Source: an uncultured Thermodesulfatator sp.
GTDB lineage: Bacteria; Desulfobacterota; Thermodesulfobacteria; Thermodesulfobacteriales; Thermodesulfobacteriaceae
Direction: 5' to 3'
Assembly: GCA_964410095.1 (NCBI GenBank)
Contig: CAYPFL010000007.1
Location: forward strand, 10,952 to 74,951
Length of the DNA stretch: 64,000 nucleotides
Positions within the stretch are counted from its first letter, which is position 1; each line of letters starts with the position of its first letter. This document shows, piece after piece, positions 1-9,436 of the stretch. The notes under the pieces are model-generated. The model searched no databases. It had not been told where the DNA came from and saw nothing but the letters and a program-made list of their open reading frames with translations. The position numbers and the translations under genes are program-made.

Positions 1-507
1 ATTCCCTGTAGGTTCATCAGCTATTAATATCTTAGGTTCTCTTATAAGTGCACGAATTACACCTACTTTTTGTTGCTCTCCACCAGAAAGTTCTTTAACT
101 TTTTTTTGTGCCTTATGAGCAAGATTAAATCTTTCTAAAAATTCATAAATATAAAACTTCATATTTTTTATCTTTTTACCTGCTAAAACTAAAGAAATCT
201 TAATATTTTCATATACTGTCAAATCTAAAAATAACTTAAGATCTTGAAAGACTATACCAAGTTTTTGTCTCAATTTGACAATATCTTTATGTTGCAATTC
301 AGAATAAGGTTTATTTTCAAAAAAAATTTCCCCCGAAGATGGTATTTCTTCTTTATAAATTAATTTTAATAAAGTAGTTTTACCTGCTCCTGTAGGACCT
401 GTTAATAAAACAAAATCACCAGTATTAATTCTTAAATTTATATTATGAAGGGCTTTAAAATAAGGTGGATAGATTTTACTTACTTTTTCAAGTTTAAAAA
501 GTGACAT
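1..507 (-). CDS. ftsE: FtsE-like ABC ATPase (3' end runs off the window)
   Basis: Hand translation from ATG at 507: MSLFKLEKVSKIYPPYFKAL...GPTGAGKTT (Walker A)...LSGGEQQKVGIIRAL...ILIADEPTGN (signature and Walker B). Not in the ORF track. Confidence 0.75.
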   Translation of the reverse strand, partial: MSLFKLEKVSKIYPPYFKALHNINLRINTGDFVLLTGPTGAGKTTLLKLIYKEEIPSSGEIFFENKPYSELQHKDIVKLRQKLGIVFQDLKLFLDLTVYENIKISLVLAGKKIKNMKFYIYEFLERFNLAHKAQKKVKELSGGEQQKVGVIRALIREPKILIADEPTGN

Positions 508-583
508 AGTAAAATTATAAAATTAAACACTTACTAAAGCAATAAAAGAAAAAATAATTTTTAAAATATTATAACAAATTTCA

Positions 584-613
584 TTGGCATTCCACTGTAT
601 TTTATGATATATT
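584..613 (+). promoter_or_regulatory. sigma70-type promoter of a probably leaderless arsR transcript
   Basis: TTGGCA(584-589)-18 nt-TATATT(608-613) with an extended -10 TG; ATG follows 7 nt later with no Shine-Dalgarno (SD). Confidence 0.55.
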
Positions 614-620
614 CTAAAAC

Positions 621-980
621 ATGAAACTTGATGAACTTATAAAAAAACTCAAAGCTCTTTCTGATCCTACCCGTTTAAAAATCTTACTTTTACTTGACAT
701 AAGACCTTGTTGTGTATGTGAATTGACTCAGTTTTTAAAATTACCTCAGCCAACCCTGAGTCATCATATTCAAAAGCTTCATCAAGCAAATCTTATAGAA
801 GTTAAAAAAATAAAAAATTATCAAATATATTCTTTTGAAAAAAATGATGAAACCCAAAAATTGGTAAAATTAATTCTTTCTTTTTTTACTGAAAAAGATC
901 CTGAAACTTTAAAACTTATTAAAAAAGTTAAAAATAGCCCACCTTTATATCCTCGGGAATTTATAGCTTCTAACAAATAA
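621..980 (+). CDS. ArsR/SmtB-family transcriptional regulator
   Basis: KALSDPTRLKIL, CVCEL metal-site motif, PQPTLSHHI HTH. Confidence 0.9.
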   Translation: MKLDELIKKLKALSDPTRLKILLLLDIRPCCVCELTQFLKLPQPTLSHHIQKLHQANLIEVKKIKNYQIYSFEKNDETQKLVKLILSFFTEKDPETLKLIKKVKNSPPLYPREFIASNK

Positions 981-995
981 CTTGGAGGGAGAAAT

Positions 996-1820
996 ATGGA
1001 GATACCAAAAGAGATTGGAATTATCGGTGGTGGTCAAATGGGGGAAGCCCTTATCAAAGGTTTTTTGGAAAAAGATTTATTTTCTCCAAAAAATATTTTA
1101 GTTTCAGAACCTATTGATTCAAGAAGAGAGTATTTAAACAAAACTTATAATGTAAGTGTAACAACTTCAAATAAAGAGGTTGTGGAAACAAGAAAACTCA
1201 TACTTTTGGCAGTAAAACCTCAAGTAATGAAAGATGTTTTAGAAGAAATTAAAGATCTTATAAAGATAGAGGAACATTTAATATTAACCATAGCTGCAGG
1301 ATTACCTATAAGTTTTTATGAAAAATTCTTACCTTCTCAAACAAAAATAATAAGAATTATGCCAAATACCTGTGCTTTAGTACATAAAAGTATGAGCGCA
1401 TTATGTAAAAATAATTATGCAACAGAAGAAGATCTTGGTATTGCTGAAAGTTTATTTTCAGCTATAGGAAAAACTGTAATTGTCGAAGAAAATTTAATGG
1501 ATGCTGTAACTGCGCTTTCAGGAAGTGGACCTGCTTATGTATCTCTTTTTATAGAATCTCTTATTGATGCAGGAGTTAATATTGGTCTACCTCGCCCTTT
1601 AGCTGAAAAACTTGTTTTACAAACTGTAAAAGGGAGTGTAAAACTTATAACCAAGGGTAAAAAGAATCCTTATGAATTAAAATCTATGGTAACTTCTCCA
1701 GGAGGAACCACAATTTCAGCTTTACAGGTCTTTTATGAAAAGGGACTACCAGGTATAATAATGTCCGGTGTCCATAAAGCTTATTTAAAAAGCAAAGAAT
1801 TGAGTAAGCTCTTTGGTTAA
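996..1820 (+). CDS. proC: pyrroline-5-carboxylate reductase
   Basis: IGGGQMG, LAVKPQ, RIMPNT, ALSGSGPAY, VTSPGGTT motifs; GGAGG SD. Confidence 0.97.
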   Translation: MEIPKEIGIIGGGQMGEALIKGFLEKDLFSPKNILVSEPIDSRREYLNKTYNVSVTTSNKEVVETRKLILLAVKPQVMKDVLEEIKDLIKIEEHLILTIAAGLPISFYEKFLPSQTKIIRIMPNTCALVHKSMSALCKNNYATEEDLGIAESLFSAIGKTVIVEENLMDAVTALSGSGPAYVSLFIESLIDAGVNIGLPRPLAEKLVLQTVKGSVKLITKGKKNPYELKSMVTSPGGTTISALQVFYEKGLPGIIMSGVHKAYLKSKELSKLFG

Positions 1821-1827
1821 AAAATTT

Positions 1828-2247
1828 ATGATAAAAGAAAACGAACTCAAAAATTTTTTCAAAAAGATTGATTTTATAGAGTTTGTGGTTCTTTTTGGTT
1901 CTTATGCAAAGGGAAAAGCCTTTCCTATAAGTGACCTTGATCTTGCTATTTATACCTCCAAAAATCTTGAACTTTTGGAAATCGGAGATCTTATTTCTAA
2001 ACTTGAAAAACTTACAGGACTTGAAGTAGATCTTTTGATTTTAAATGATCTTTATAAAAATAACCCTCGTTTAGCTTATGAAATAATAAGCCAGGGGAAA
2101 CTTATTTTTTACAGAAATAAAAATAAATGGATAGAATTTAAAACTTGGACATACATTTATTACTGTGATCACAAACCTCTTTTTGATATGTTTGATCGAG
2201 CTTTTTTAACTCGTCTTAAAGAAGGAAAATTCGGGCTTGGTAAATGA
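1828..2247 (+). CDS. mntA: minimal nucleotidyltransferase (MNT) antitoxin
   Basis: GS-X10-DXD motif (GSYAKGKAFPISDLD). ATG at 1828, or TTG at 1813; overlaps the downstream HEPN gene. Confidence 0.85.
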   Translation: MIKENELKNFFKKIDFIEFVVLFGSYAKGKAFPISDLDLAIYTSKNLELLEIGDLISKLEKLTGLEVDLLILNDLYKNNPRLAYEIISQGKLIFYRNKNKWIEFKTWTYIYYCDHKPLFDMFDRAFLTRLKEGKFGLGK

Positions 2248-2639
2248 TAGAAAAATTGAAACTCCTGGAAGAGAATCTTAAAGTTCTACAAGATATGAAA
2301 AATGCTTTAACTCTGGATGTGCTTAAAAAAGATAAAACTAAAGAATGGGCTCTTAGATATGGACTTTATGAATGTATTCAAATTGTTATTGATATAGCTT
2401 GTTATTTAGTAAGTAAATATAATCTTGGAAATCCAAAAAGTTATTCAGAATGTATCGAATATTTAGAAAGGTATGAATATATTTCTGAGAAATCGGGAGA
2501 AAAATTAAAAAAAATGGTTGGTTTGAGAAATCTTCTTGCTCATGAATACATTAAAATTGATTTATTAAAACTTTTAAATTTTTTAAATAATCTGGATGAT
2601 TTCAGAGAATTTGTAAATAGTATTAAAAAATTTATATAA
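2244..2639 (+). CDS. hepT: HEPN (DUF86) RNase toxin of an MNT-HEPN pair
   Basis: RX4HXY motif (RNLLAHEY); overlapping start/stop with the MNT gene. Confidence 0.85.
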   Translation: MIEKLKLLEENLKVLQDMKNALTLDVLKKDKTKEWALRYGLYECIQIVIDIACYLVSKYNLGNPKSYSECIEYLERYEYISEKSGEKLKKMVGLRNLLAHEYIKIDLLKLLNFLNNLDDFREFVNSIKKFI

Positions 2640-3717
2640 TTTTAAGATTTTCTACTACAGTTTTGTGAAATTTTGGTCTAAAATCTTTTATTTTTCGATT
2701 ATTTCTATTAGGATGAACTCGATTGGTAAGTAACACTACAATTAAATCTTTTTCTAAATCTATAAAAAAAGAACAACCTGTAAACCCAAGATGCCCTATA
2801 GTATTTTTAGAAAAGACACCCCCTGTAGCAGAATATCTTTTAAAACTTGGAAGCATAAAACCGAGACAAAAATCCGAAATGTTTTCTTTAAAATTTATAA
2901 AGTATCTAAGCAAATCTTGTGATAATCCTTTTATTTCTTTTTTATATGCAAAAAAAATTGTTTCTAAAATATCAAGAACTCCATATATATTTCCGAATAA
3001 TCCTGCTACTCCAGAAATACCACCTAAAGCTCTTGTATTTTCATCTTCTACCACTCCTCTTAAAATTTTATTACTCCATGGACAAACTGATGTAGGAACT
3101 ATTTTTTCTTGATCGATACCTCTTTTTAAAGGACAAAATCCTAAAAAAGCCTTTTTTGTAAATGAAACTATTCTTTTAGCTTTTTCGAATAAATTTTCAA
3201 AACTTTCCTCATAAATTTTTTCTATCAAATAAGTAAAAAGATAAAATCCCAGATCTGAATAAATACTTTTTGTACCTGGTTTATATTCTAAAGGTAACTC
3301 TTCTATTTTTTTTACTACATTTTCTAATTTAAGAATTCTTTTTTCTTTGTAAAAAGGATACCATGCTTTAAGACCAGAGGTATGATTTAAAAATCTATAA
3401 ACTGGTATCTCACCAATTGGTTTTTTAAAAGGTAAATAAGTCTTTAAAGGTTTTTGTAAATCTATTTTTGGATCTTGAGATAAAAGAAAAATTAAAGTAA
3501 ATACAAAAGCTAATGGTTTTGTTAAAGATGCTAAATCAAAAATATCATCATCTTCTAAGGGTTCTAAAAATGGGGTGATAGATTTATATCCTGCAATTAT
3601 GATATATCTTTTTTCTTTATACCAGATACCCGCAATAGCACCTGGATAAATACCTTCTTCAACGCCTTTTTTAAGAAGATTAAAAATTGGAAGTATTTGA
3701 AGATTTTGATTCTTCAA
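2632..3717 (-). CDS. serine hydrolase, beta-lactamase/class C-like family
   Basis: FDLASLTK (SxxK), YSD (YxN-like), GHLGFTG and LLTNRVHP motifs. Confidence 0.9.
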   Translation of the reverse strand: MKNQNLQILPIFNLLKKGVEEGIYPGAIAGIWYKEKRYIIIAGYKSITPFLEPLEDDDIFDLASLTKPLAFVFTLIFLLSQDPKIDLQKPLKTYLPFKKPIGEIPVYRFLNHTSGLKAWYPFYKEKRILKLENVVKKIEELPLEYKPGTKSIYSDLGFYLFTYLIEKIYEESFENLFEKAKRIVSFTKKAFLGFCPLKRGIDQEKIVPTSVCPWSNKILRGVVEDENTRALGGISGVAGLFGNIYGVLDILETIFFAYKKEIKGLSQDLLRYFINFKENISDFCLGFMLPSFKRYSATGGVFSKNTIGHLGFTGCSFFIDLEKDLIVVLLTNRVHPNRNNRKIKDFRPKFHKTVVENLKII

Positions 3718-3991
3718 TTTCTTCCTTTTCTTCCTTTGGCAAAGATGTAAATTTTTGTTCTTTTTTAAGTTTTCTTATCTCCAATTTATATTTTATCACT
3801 TGTGATAAAGACAATATTACACCTGAGAGCATCCCTAAAATAAAACTTATTATAATTACTAAAGCAAGGGGAATATTTTCTAATGTAAAACCTGGTAAAA
3901 TATGAACTTTTACTTGAGGCTGAACATTAAAAACAACAAAAAAAGCAACTATTAAAATAATAATTATCCAAAAAATTAATCTAAAAATCAC
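3680..3991 (-). CDS. LapA-domain small membrane protein
   Basis: TM helix, N-x-Q-x-V-x-V pattern, second TM helix and a charged tail; GTG start overlapping the hslO stop. Confidence 0.65.
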   Translation of the reverse strand: MIFRLIFWIIIILIVAFFVVFNVQPQVKVHILPGFTLENIPLALVIIISFILGMLSGVILSLSQVIKYKLEIRKLKKEQKFTSLPKEEKEEIEESKSSNTSNF

Positions 3992-4872
3992 TTCTTTGCC
4001 TCCGTTTTCTTTTCTATTTCTTTTATCAATTCTTTAACTCTTTCTAAAGGTACTTCATATTTTTTCCTACAAAAATGGCAAATTACCTCAACTGGCTTAT
4101 TTTCTTTTATAATATTTTCCAGTTCTTCTTTTCCAAGAGCTATTAAACTATTTTCTACTCTTTCCATATTACAAGTGCATCGATATCTTAACTCCCTTTT
4201 TTCTAAAATCTCAATTTTTGGAAAAAACATTTTAAGTATATCTTCTGGGGTTTTACCTTCTAATAAAAGATTAGTAACCCCTGGGAGATCTTTTAATATT
4301 TTTTCTAATTCAGCAATTTCTTCCTCTGTTGCCTCAGGCATTTTTTGTATCATAAAACCACCTGCTGCTAAGATTGTTCCATCTACATCTACTAATACTC
4401 CTAAAGCTACTGCAGAAGGTATTTGTTCAGAAACCGTAAGATAATAAGCCAAATCTTCTGCTATTTCACCTGATACTAATTTAACAGAACTTTGGTATAT
4501 TTCTTTTAATCCTAAATCTTTTATAATCGAAATATATCCATTTTTACCAACTGCTTTTCCTACTGGTAATTTTTTATTTTGTGGCTTTATGTATACATTA
4601 GGATTTTGGACTGTACCTCTCAAATTTCCTTCGTGGTTTCCTTCTGCTAATATTTCTCCTAAGGGTCCTCCTCCATTAATTTGAATAAGAATTTTACCTG
4701 TTTTTAAATCTGCTGAAAGTAAAGCAACTCCTGCTAAGGCTCTTCCAAGTGCTGCTGAAGCAATGGGGCTTAAACCTTGAAGTTTTCTAACTGTTTCTAT
4801 AACATCTTTACATTCTACTGCAAAAGCTCTAAAGTTTTTACCAATAGGCAAAGCTCTAATTACATAAGCCAT
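3988..4872 (-). CDS. hslO: Hsp33 redox-regulated chaperone
   Basis: GGPLG, SEQIPSAV, C-terminal CxC...CxxC (CTC...CHFC). Confidence 0.95.
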   Translation of the reverse strand: MAYVIRALPIGKNFRAFAVECKDVIETVRKLQGLSPIASAALGRALAGVALLSADLKTGKILIQINGGGPLGEILAEGNHEGNLRGTVQNPNVYIKPQNKKLPVGKAVGKNGYISIIKDLGLKEIYQSSVKLVSGEIAEDLAYYLTVSEQIPSAVALGVLVDVDGTILAAGGFMIQKMPEATEEEIAELEKILKDLPGVTNLLLEGKTPEDILKMFFPKIEILEKRELRYRCTCNMERVENSLIALGKEELENIIKENKPVEVICHFCRKKYEVPLERVKELIKEIEKKTEAKK

Positions 4873-5731
4873 CTTTCATTTCTCTCAATTCTTTTATAAT
4901 TTTTTTTGCAGAAGTTGGATCTATCAAATTTGCTGTTCCAATCTGAAATGCTTTAGCACCACATAACAAATATTCTAATGCATCTTTACCTGAAACAATA
5001 CCTCCGCATCCAATAACGGGAATTTTAATTTTTTGAGAAAGTTCATATACTAATCTAAGGGTTAATGGTTTAATAGCTGGGCCAGAAAGACCTCCCTTTA
5101 AAATTTTAAGAGGCTTAAAACTTATTACTGAAAGTGCTGGATAAGTATTAGCTACCACTAAAGCATCTGCTCCTGCTTCTTCACAGCTTTTAGCTACTTC
5201 TGTTACTGGACCTACTGGCGAAAGCTTAACAGCTAAAAATTTATCCCATACTTCTCTAACCCTTTTCACTAAACGATAAACTGTTTCAGGATCTGAAGAA
5301 AGAATTATTCCACCTTTTTTTACATTCGGACAAGAAATATTGAGCTCTAATCCCTCTACCCCGCTTTCTTTAAGACTTTCTGCCAAGACTTTAAAATCTT
5401 CCTCTTTTTCTCCATATAAATTTATAATTATCGGCACATCATAAGACTTTATTTTAGGTAAATATTTTTTTTTAAAAACCTCTATACCAGGATTTTCTAA
5501 TCCGATAGAATTAATAAGTCCGCAAGGAGCTTCTGCCAATCGTGGAGGAGGATTCCCTATTCTTGGATTTAAAGAAATTCCTTTAGTAACTAATGCTCCT
5601 ATTGTCTCTTTTATCTCTTCAGAAGAAAAAAAATCATCCAGATTTTCTCCCAATCCCCAAGTTCCAGACGCAAGCATTAACGGAGTTTTCATTTTTAAAT
5701 TGGCTATTTCAACATAAAAATTCAAGATCAA
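4856..5731 (-). CDS. pyrD: dihydroorotate dehydrogenase B, catalytic subunit
   Basis: LASGT, GNPPPR, NSIGLENPG, ELNISCPN, GGLSGPAIKP motifs. Confidence 0.95.
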   Translation of the reverse strand: MILNFYVEIANLKMKTPLMLASGTWGLGENLDDFFSSEEIKETIGALVTKGISLNPRIGNPPPRLAEAPCGLINSIGLENPGIEVFKKKYLPKIKSYDVPIIINLYGEKEEDFKVLAESLKESGVEGLELNISCPNVKKGGIILSSDPETVYRLVKRVREVWDKFLAVKLSPVGPVTEVAKSCEEAGADALVVANTYPALSVISFKPLKILKGGLSGPAIKPLTLRLVYELSQKIKIPVIGCGGIVSGKDALEYLLCGAKAFQIGTANLIDPTSAKKIIKELREMKDGLCN

Positions 5732-6482
5732 TCTCCTTTGCTAAAAATGTTACCCCATCTTTGCAAAGATATGCATATTTTTTATTTCTAAGAGGTATTA
5801 CGCACCCCTTGCAAAATCCTGTCCCACATGCTAAAAATGAAGTCATAACTAAATAAACATCAACTTGATATTTTTCTCCTATCTCAGTTACTTTTTTCAT
5901 CATGGGTAAAGGACCACAAGCTAAAACTGTACAAGGTTCTTTTTTAAATTCTTTTTCCAAAATATCTGTAATATACCCCTTATATCCTTTTGTTCCATCC
6001 TCCGTAGATAATTCTAAAGGTATGCCGAAAGTTTTAAAAAATGATAATCTTACCAAATCTTCCGCAGTTTTTACTCCATATAATATCTTTTTTGGCAATT
6101 TTTTATTTTCTTTTACTCTTTTCTGTAAAAAATATCCAAAACCTGCTATTCCAATTCCTCCTGCACAAATTATATAATCTTTATTAATATCTGGAAAAGG
6201 ATTACCCAAAGGTCCTAAAAATTCAATCTCTTCTCCTTTTTGAATTTTGGTCAATGCTTTAGTTCCTTTCCCTACTACTTGATACATAATTATTAAAATA
6301 TCTTTTTCAATTGCATGCACTGTAAATGGACGAGGAATAAGGGGATCTAATCTTTTGTTAATTTTAATTTTTAAAAACTGCCCTGGTAAAAATTTTTTTA
6401 AAATTTCTCGAGAAATTTTTAATCCTAAAAGATATGTATTGTAATTTAGTTTACTATTAAATTCAACAAAGGCTTTAAGCAT
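5709..6482 (-). CDS. pyrK: dihydroorotate dehydrogenase electron-transfer subunit
   Basis: PGQF, RPF, GPLG, AGGIG, CGP and the 2Fe-2S motif CGTGFCKGC...C; adjacent to pyrD. Confidence 0.93.
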   Translation of the reverse strand: MLKAFVEFNSKLNYNTYLLGLKISREILKKFLPGQFLKIKINKRLDPLIPRPFTVHAIEKDILIIMYQVVGKGTKALTKIQKGEEIEFLGPLGNPFPDINKDYIICAGGIGIAGFGYFLQKRVKENKKLPKKILYGVKTAEDLVRLSFFKTFGIPLELSTEDGTKGYKGYITDILEKEFKKEPCTVLACGPLPMMKKVTEIGEKYQVDVYLVMTSFLACGTGFCKGCVIPLRNKKYAYLCKDGVTFLAKEIDLEFLC

Positions 6483-7237
6483 TAAAAAATTTCCTTTAGA
6501 AAATCGAGAGTTTCGTAATTCTTGAATCTTTCTCTTAATTCATTAAGAAGTTCTCTAAAAGTAAGGTTATCTTTATTAACAGGTGTTCTATACAAAGCTC
6601 CCACCCAGCGTCTTAATTCATCTTCTTCAGGTAAAATAGGTAATTCATCTACATCTATATTATTTAAAAGTGTTTGAGGAACTTCATCTGCGAGTCCTTT
6701 TTTATAAAGATTTAAAAATTTTAAAAGATCAAAAAGACTCCCATAAACACCACCAATGTCTATATTTTCAACAAGTTGCATAGAAATAGTTCCTATTTGA
6801 AATAAAAATGGAGGAATTTGAGCAGAACCTTTTTGACAGGGTTCAGTTGAAACCATAATTCTACACATAAGAGGTCTTTTAGGATAAATTTTACATAAAT
6901 TCTCATCTGTCAAAAAAGGACAACTTCCGAGATTTTCAAAAGGTTCTTCTACAGGAGGTTCAACTCCTTCCATATAACAAAGTATTGTCTGGTTATGAGT
7001 AATTTTTGGTCTGGGATAATTCTCCAAATTTTCTAAAGTTTTCAAGTCTTCTTCTTTTAAATCTTCTAATATATAAAAAGCTTCTATAGAAGTAGCATAA
7101 ATTTTTTGAGTACAACACAAACTACAACCAGGTTTACATGCAAGTTCGTATTTAGAAAATGTCTTATCGAGATATTCGTAAAGTGTATTTAAAAGCTTAA
7201 TTTTTTCTTCTATTGCATAATTAAGAACAACGTTAAT
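6482..7237 (-). CDS. YkgJ/FliB-family cysteine-cluster protein, probable ATT start
   Basis: The frame is open 5' of the track's TTG (7120), giving ...ELACKPGCSLCC plus CPFL...CxIYxxRPxxCR. No ATG/GTG/TTG lies between the upstream stop and the Cys motif. AGGAGG sits 9 nt before ATT at 7237. Confidence 0.8.
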   Translation of the reverse strand: MNVVLNYAIEEKIKLLNTLYEYLDKTFSKYELACKPGCSLCCTQKIYATSIEAFYILEDLKEEDLKTLENLENYPRPKITHNQTILCYMEGVEPPVEEPFENLGSCPFLTDENLCKIYPKRPLMCRIMVSTEPCQKGSAQIPPFLFQIGTISMQLVENIDIGGVYGSLFDLLKFLNLYKKGLADEVPQTLLNNIDVDELPILPEEDELRRWVGALYRTPVNKDNLTFRELLNELRERFKNYETLDFLKEIF

Positions 7238-7274
7238 CCTTAAATCCCTCCTTTTATTTTTAAAATCTTAAAAA

Positions 7275-7303
7275 AGTTTAGAAAGTTTTTTATAAGGTGT
7301 CAA
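7275..7303 (-). promoter_or_regulatory. sigma70 promoter of the ykgJ-pyrK-pyrD-hslO operon
   Basis: TTGACA(7303-7298)-17 nt-TAAACT(7280-7275). Confidence 0.75.
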
Positions 7304-7395
7304 GTAGGCTTCTTATTTTTAGTTTTTTCAAATGTTTCTTACTCATTTATATATCACCGCTACATAAAATTAATTAATGATACTAAATGAATTGA

Positions 7396-7560
7396 CTTTT
7401 CGTTTTTGTTATATATTTTTTAAATATTATACCTACGGTAAGACACGAATTCGGTCATATGATTAGTCTATCACAACATCATGAAAATTGCGTCATATCT
7501 TATAGATGCGACCGTGAAAAATTTTGTTTAAAGTGTAAACAAAAGATAAAAGAATTATAG
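7396..7560 (+). pseudogene. C-terminal remnant of an archaemetzincin-like Zn metallopeptidase
   Basis: Start-less frame ...TVRHEFGHMISLSQHHENCVISY...FCLKCKQKIKEL* with a HExGH zinc motif and a terminal FCxxC. Confidence 0.55.
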
Positions 7561-7662
7561 GGCTTATGAGCTTATACACTAAGTTCAATGCTTTGCTCTT
7601 TAGATGGCCTCATCAAAATTCTTTGCTTCGCTTAAATTTCAGACACTTGCGAAATGTTAAAT
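7561..7662 (+). mobile_element. degenerate attC-like site 1
   Basis: Begins directly after the TAG at 7560, contains GCTTCGCT and ends CGAAAT-GTTAAAT (GTTRRRY at 7656-7662). The last 27 nt match the 10227-10253 site at 18/27 positions without gaps. Confidence 0.55.
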
Positions 7663-7698
7663 AGCCAGGCTTCATAAGGTATGAGAAAATGAAAAATT

Positions 7699-8199
7699 AT
7701 GAACATTAGACCTGAAGTAAAAATAAGAATCGATAAAAAAGGTCTCTTACGATTTATTCCTTGGGGGTTTGATATTTTAAATTTGAAATTTTTGATAACC
7801 GCAGAAAATAATTCTGAGCAAAATATCTTATTACGGTTATGGTATATTCGGATGCTATCAGGAGAAATTGGAGGGGTTGGTGCAGGTAAAGATTTTATAG
7901 ATATTTTTCTTAAAGCCAAAGAGAAGAAAAGCGAGACTGTGTCCTTGAAATTAGAAAGCGGTTTATATAGTTTTGAAGCCGAAGTCCCTCACAAAAGAGG
8001 TTCTTGGGGAGGATATGAAATAAAAGGGTTAAAAACCTTTAGAGTATTAGATAGTAGAAGTCTTATAGTTGGAGTCTTAATAGGAACGTTAATTAGCATA
8101 CTCTTAGCATACTATAAAACGCTGTCCGAAATCGTCCAAAGCTTTTTAAAAGAAACATTGTCAGTAATATTGAATATTGTAATATGTCGAAAACAATGA
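7699..8199 (+). CDS. hypothetical protein with a C-terminal hydrophobic helix
   Basis: 166-aa ORF starting 36 nt after the GTTRRRY site; hydrophobic segment LIVGVLIGTLISILLAYY; no family recognised. Confidence 0.55.
   Translation: MNIRPEVKIRIDKKGLLRFIPWGFDILNLKFLITAENNSEQNILLRLWYIRMLSGEIGGVGAGKDFIDIFLKAKEKKSETVSLKLESGLYSFEAEVPHKRGSWGGYEIKGLKTFRVLDSRSLIVGVLIGTLISILLAYYKTLSEIVQSFLKETLSVILNIVICRKQ
8111..8185 (+). mobile_element. possible heavily decayed attC-like site before the methyltransferase gene
   Basis: GCTGTCCGAAATCG...AACATTGTCAG could be decayed inverted arms, and GTAATAT near 8179 resembles GTTRRRY. Weak. Confidence 0.2.
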
Positions 8200-9434
8200 A
8201 CAACTGGGCAAAAATAATACTTGGCGATAGTCGAAAAATGATAGAAGTTGAAAATAATAGTATAGATTTAGTTGTTACATCCCCCCCTTATTGGCATATT
8301 AAAGACTATGAAGTCGAAGGACAAATTGGATATGGGCAAACTTTACATGAATATCTGAAAGATCTTTATAGAGTTTGGAAAGAATGTTATAGAATTCTTA
8401 AACCGGGAAGAAGACTATGTATAAATATAGGTGATCAATTTGCTCGTTCAATAATTTATGGAAGATATAAGGTTATACCTCTACATGCTGAATTTATAGC
8501 TCAGTGTGAAGATATAGGTTTTGATTATATGGGCTCTATTATATGGCAGAAGAAAACCACAATGAATACTACTGGGGGAGCAAATGTAATGGGGTCATAT
8601 CCTTATCCACCAAATGGTATGGTTGAAATTGATTACGAATTTATACTTATTTTCAAAAAACCGGGTAAAGGTAAAAAAGTTCCAAAGGAAGTTAAAGAAA
8701 AATCAAAGCTAACCAAAAAAGAATGGAAAGAATATTTTTATGGACATTGGTATTTTGGTGGAGCAAGACAGATAGAACACGAAGCAATGTTTCCTGAAGA
8801 ACTTCCAAAAAGGTTAATAAAAATGTATACTTTTGTTGGAGATACAGTTCTAGATCCCTTTTTAGGAAGTGGAACAACCGTAAAAGCAGCTTTAAATTTA
8901 AACAGAAATGCCATTGGTTATGAAATAAATGAAAAATTCCTAGATATTATCAAAGAAAAACTTAGTTTAAAACAGGGTTTACTCCAGTTTAGTCAAAACA
9001 TACAAATAATAAAACGAAAAATAACCATAGAAGTTGATGAGATAAATTATGTGCCAAGAATTAAAAATGCTAAACCTAAAATAGATCCTAAGAAATTTAA
9101 TTTTAAGAATGATCGACTTTACAGAGTAGTGGATATTGTAAATGAACATACAATTAAATTGGATACAGGTTTGTTTGTTAAATTTCTGGGTGTGAAAGTA
9201 ACTAAAAAAGAAGAAGTTTTAAAATATTTAAAAGAATATATTTTGAAAAAAGAAGTCTTTCTACGGTTTGATAATGATGCTGTTTTGAATGAATTTACTA
9301 TTGAAGCATATGTTTATTTAAAAAATAAAATCTTTGTAAATGCTTACCTAATCAAGTCAGGTATGGCTGAAGCAGACAAAACAAAAAGTTATAAATACAA
9401 AAGTAAATTTTTAGAGTTAGAGGGAAAGGCATAA
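8184..9434 (+). CDS. N4-cytosine/N6-adenine DNA methyltransferase (beta-class order) with a C-terminal SNase-like domain
   Basis: DLVVTSPPY precedes DPFLGSGTT. The last ~100 aa follow the staphylococcal-nuclease pattern (..AYVY....FVNAYLIKSGMA). Confidence 0.88.
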   Translation: MSKTMNNWAKIILGDSRKMIEVENNSIDLVVTSPPYWHIKDYEVEGQIGYGQTLHEYLKDLYRVWKECYRILKPGRRLCINIGDQFARSIIYGRYKVIPLHAEFIAQCEDIGFDYMGSIIWQKKTTMNTTGGANVMGSYPYPPNGMVEIDYEFILIFKKPGKGKKVPKEVKEKSKLTKKEWKEYFYGHWYFGGARQIEHEAMFPEELPKRLIKMYTFVGDTVLDPFLGSGTTVKAALNLNRNAIGYEINEKFLDIIKEKLSLKQGLLQFSQNIQIIKRKITIEVDEINYVPRIKNAKPKIDPKKFNFKNDRLYRVVDIVNEHTIKLDTGLFVKFLGVKVTKKEEVLKYLKEYILKKEVFLRFDNDAVLNEFTIEAYVYLKNKIFVNAYLIKSGMAEADKTKSYKYKSKFLELEGKA

Positions 9435-9436
9435 AT

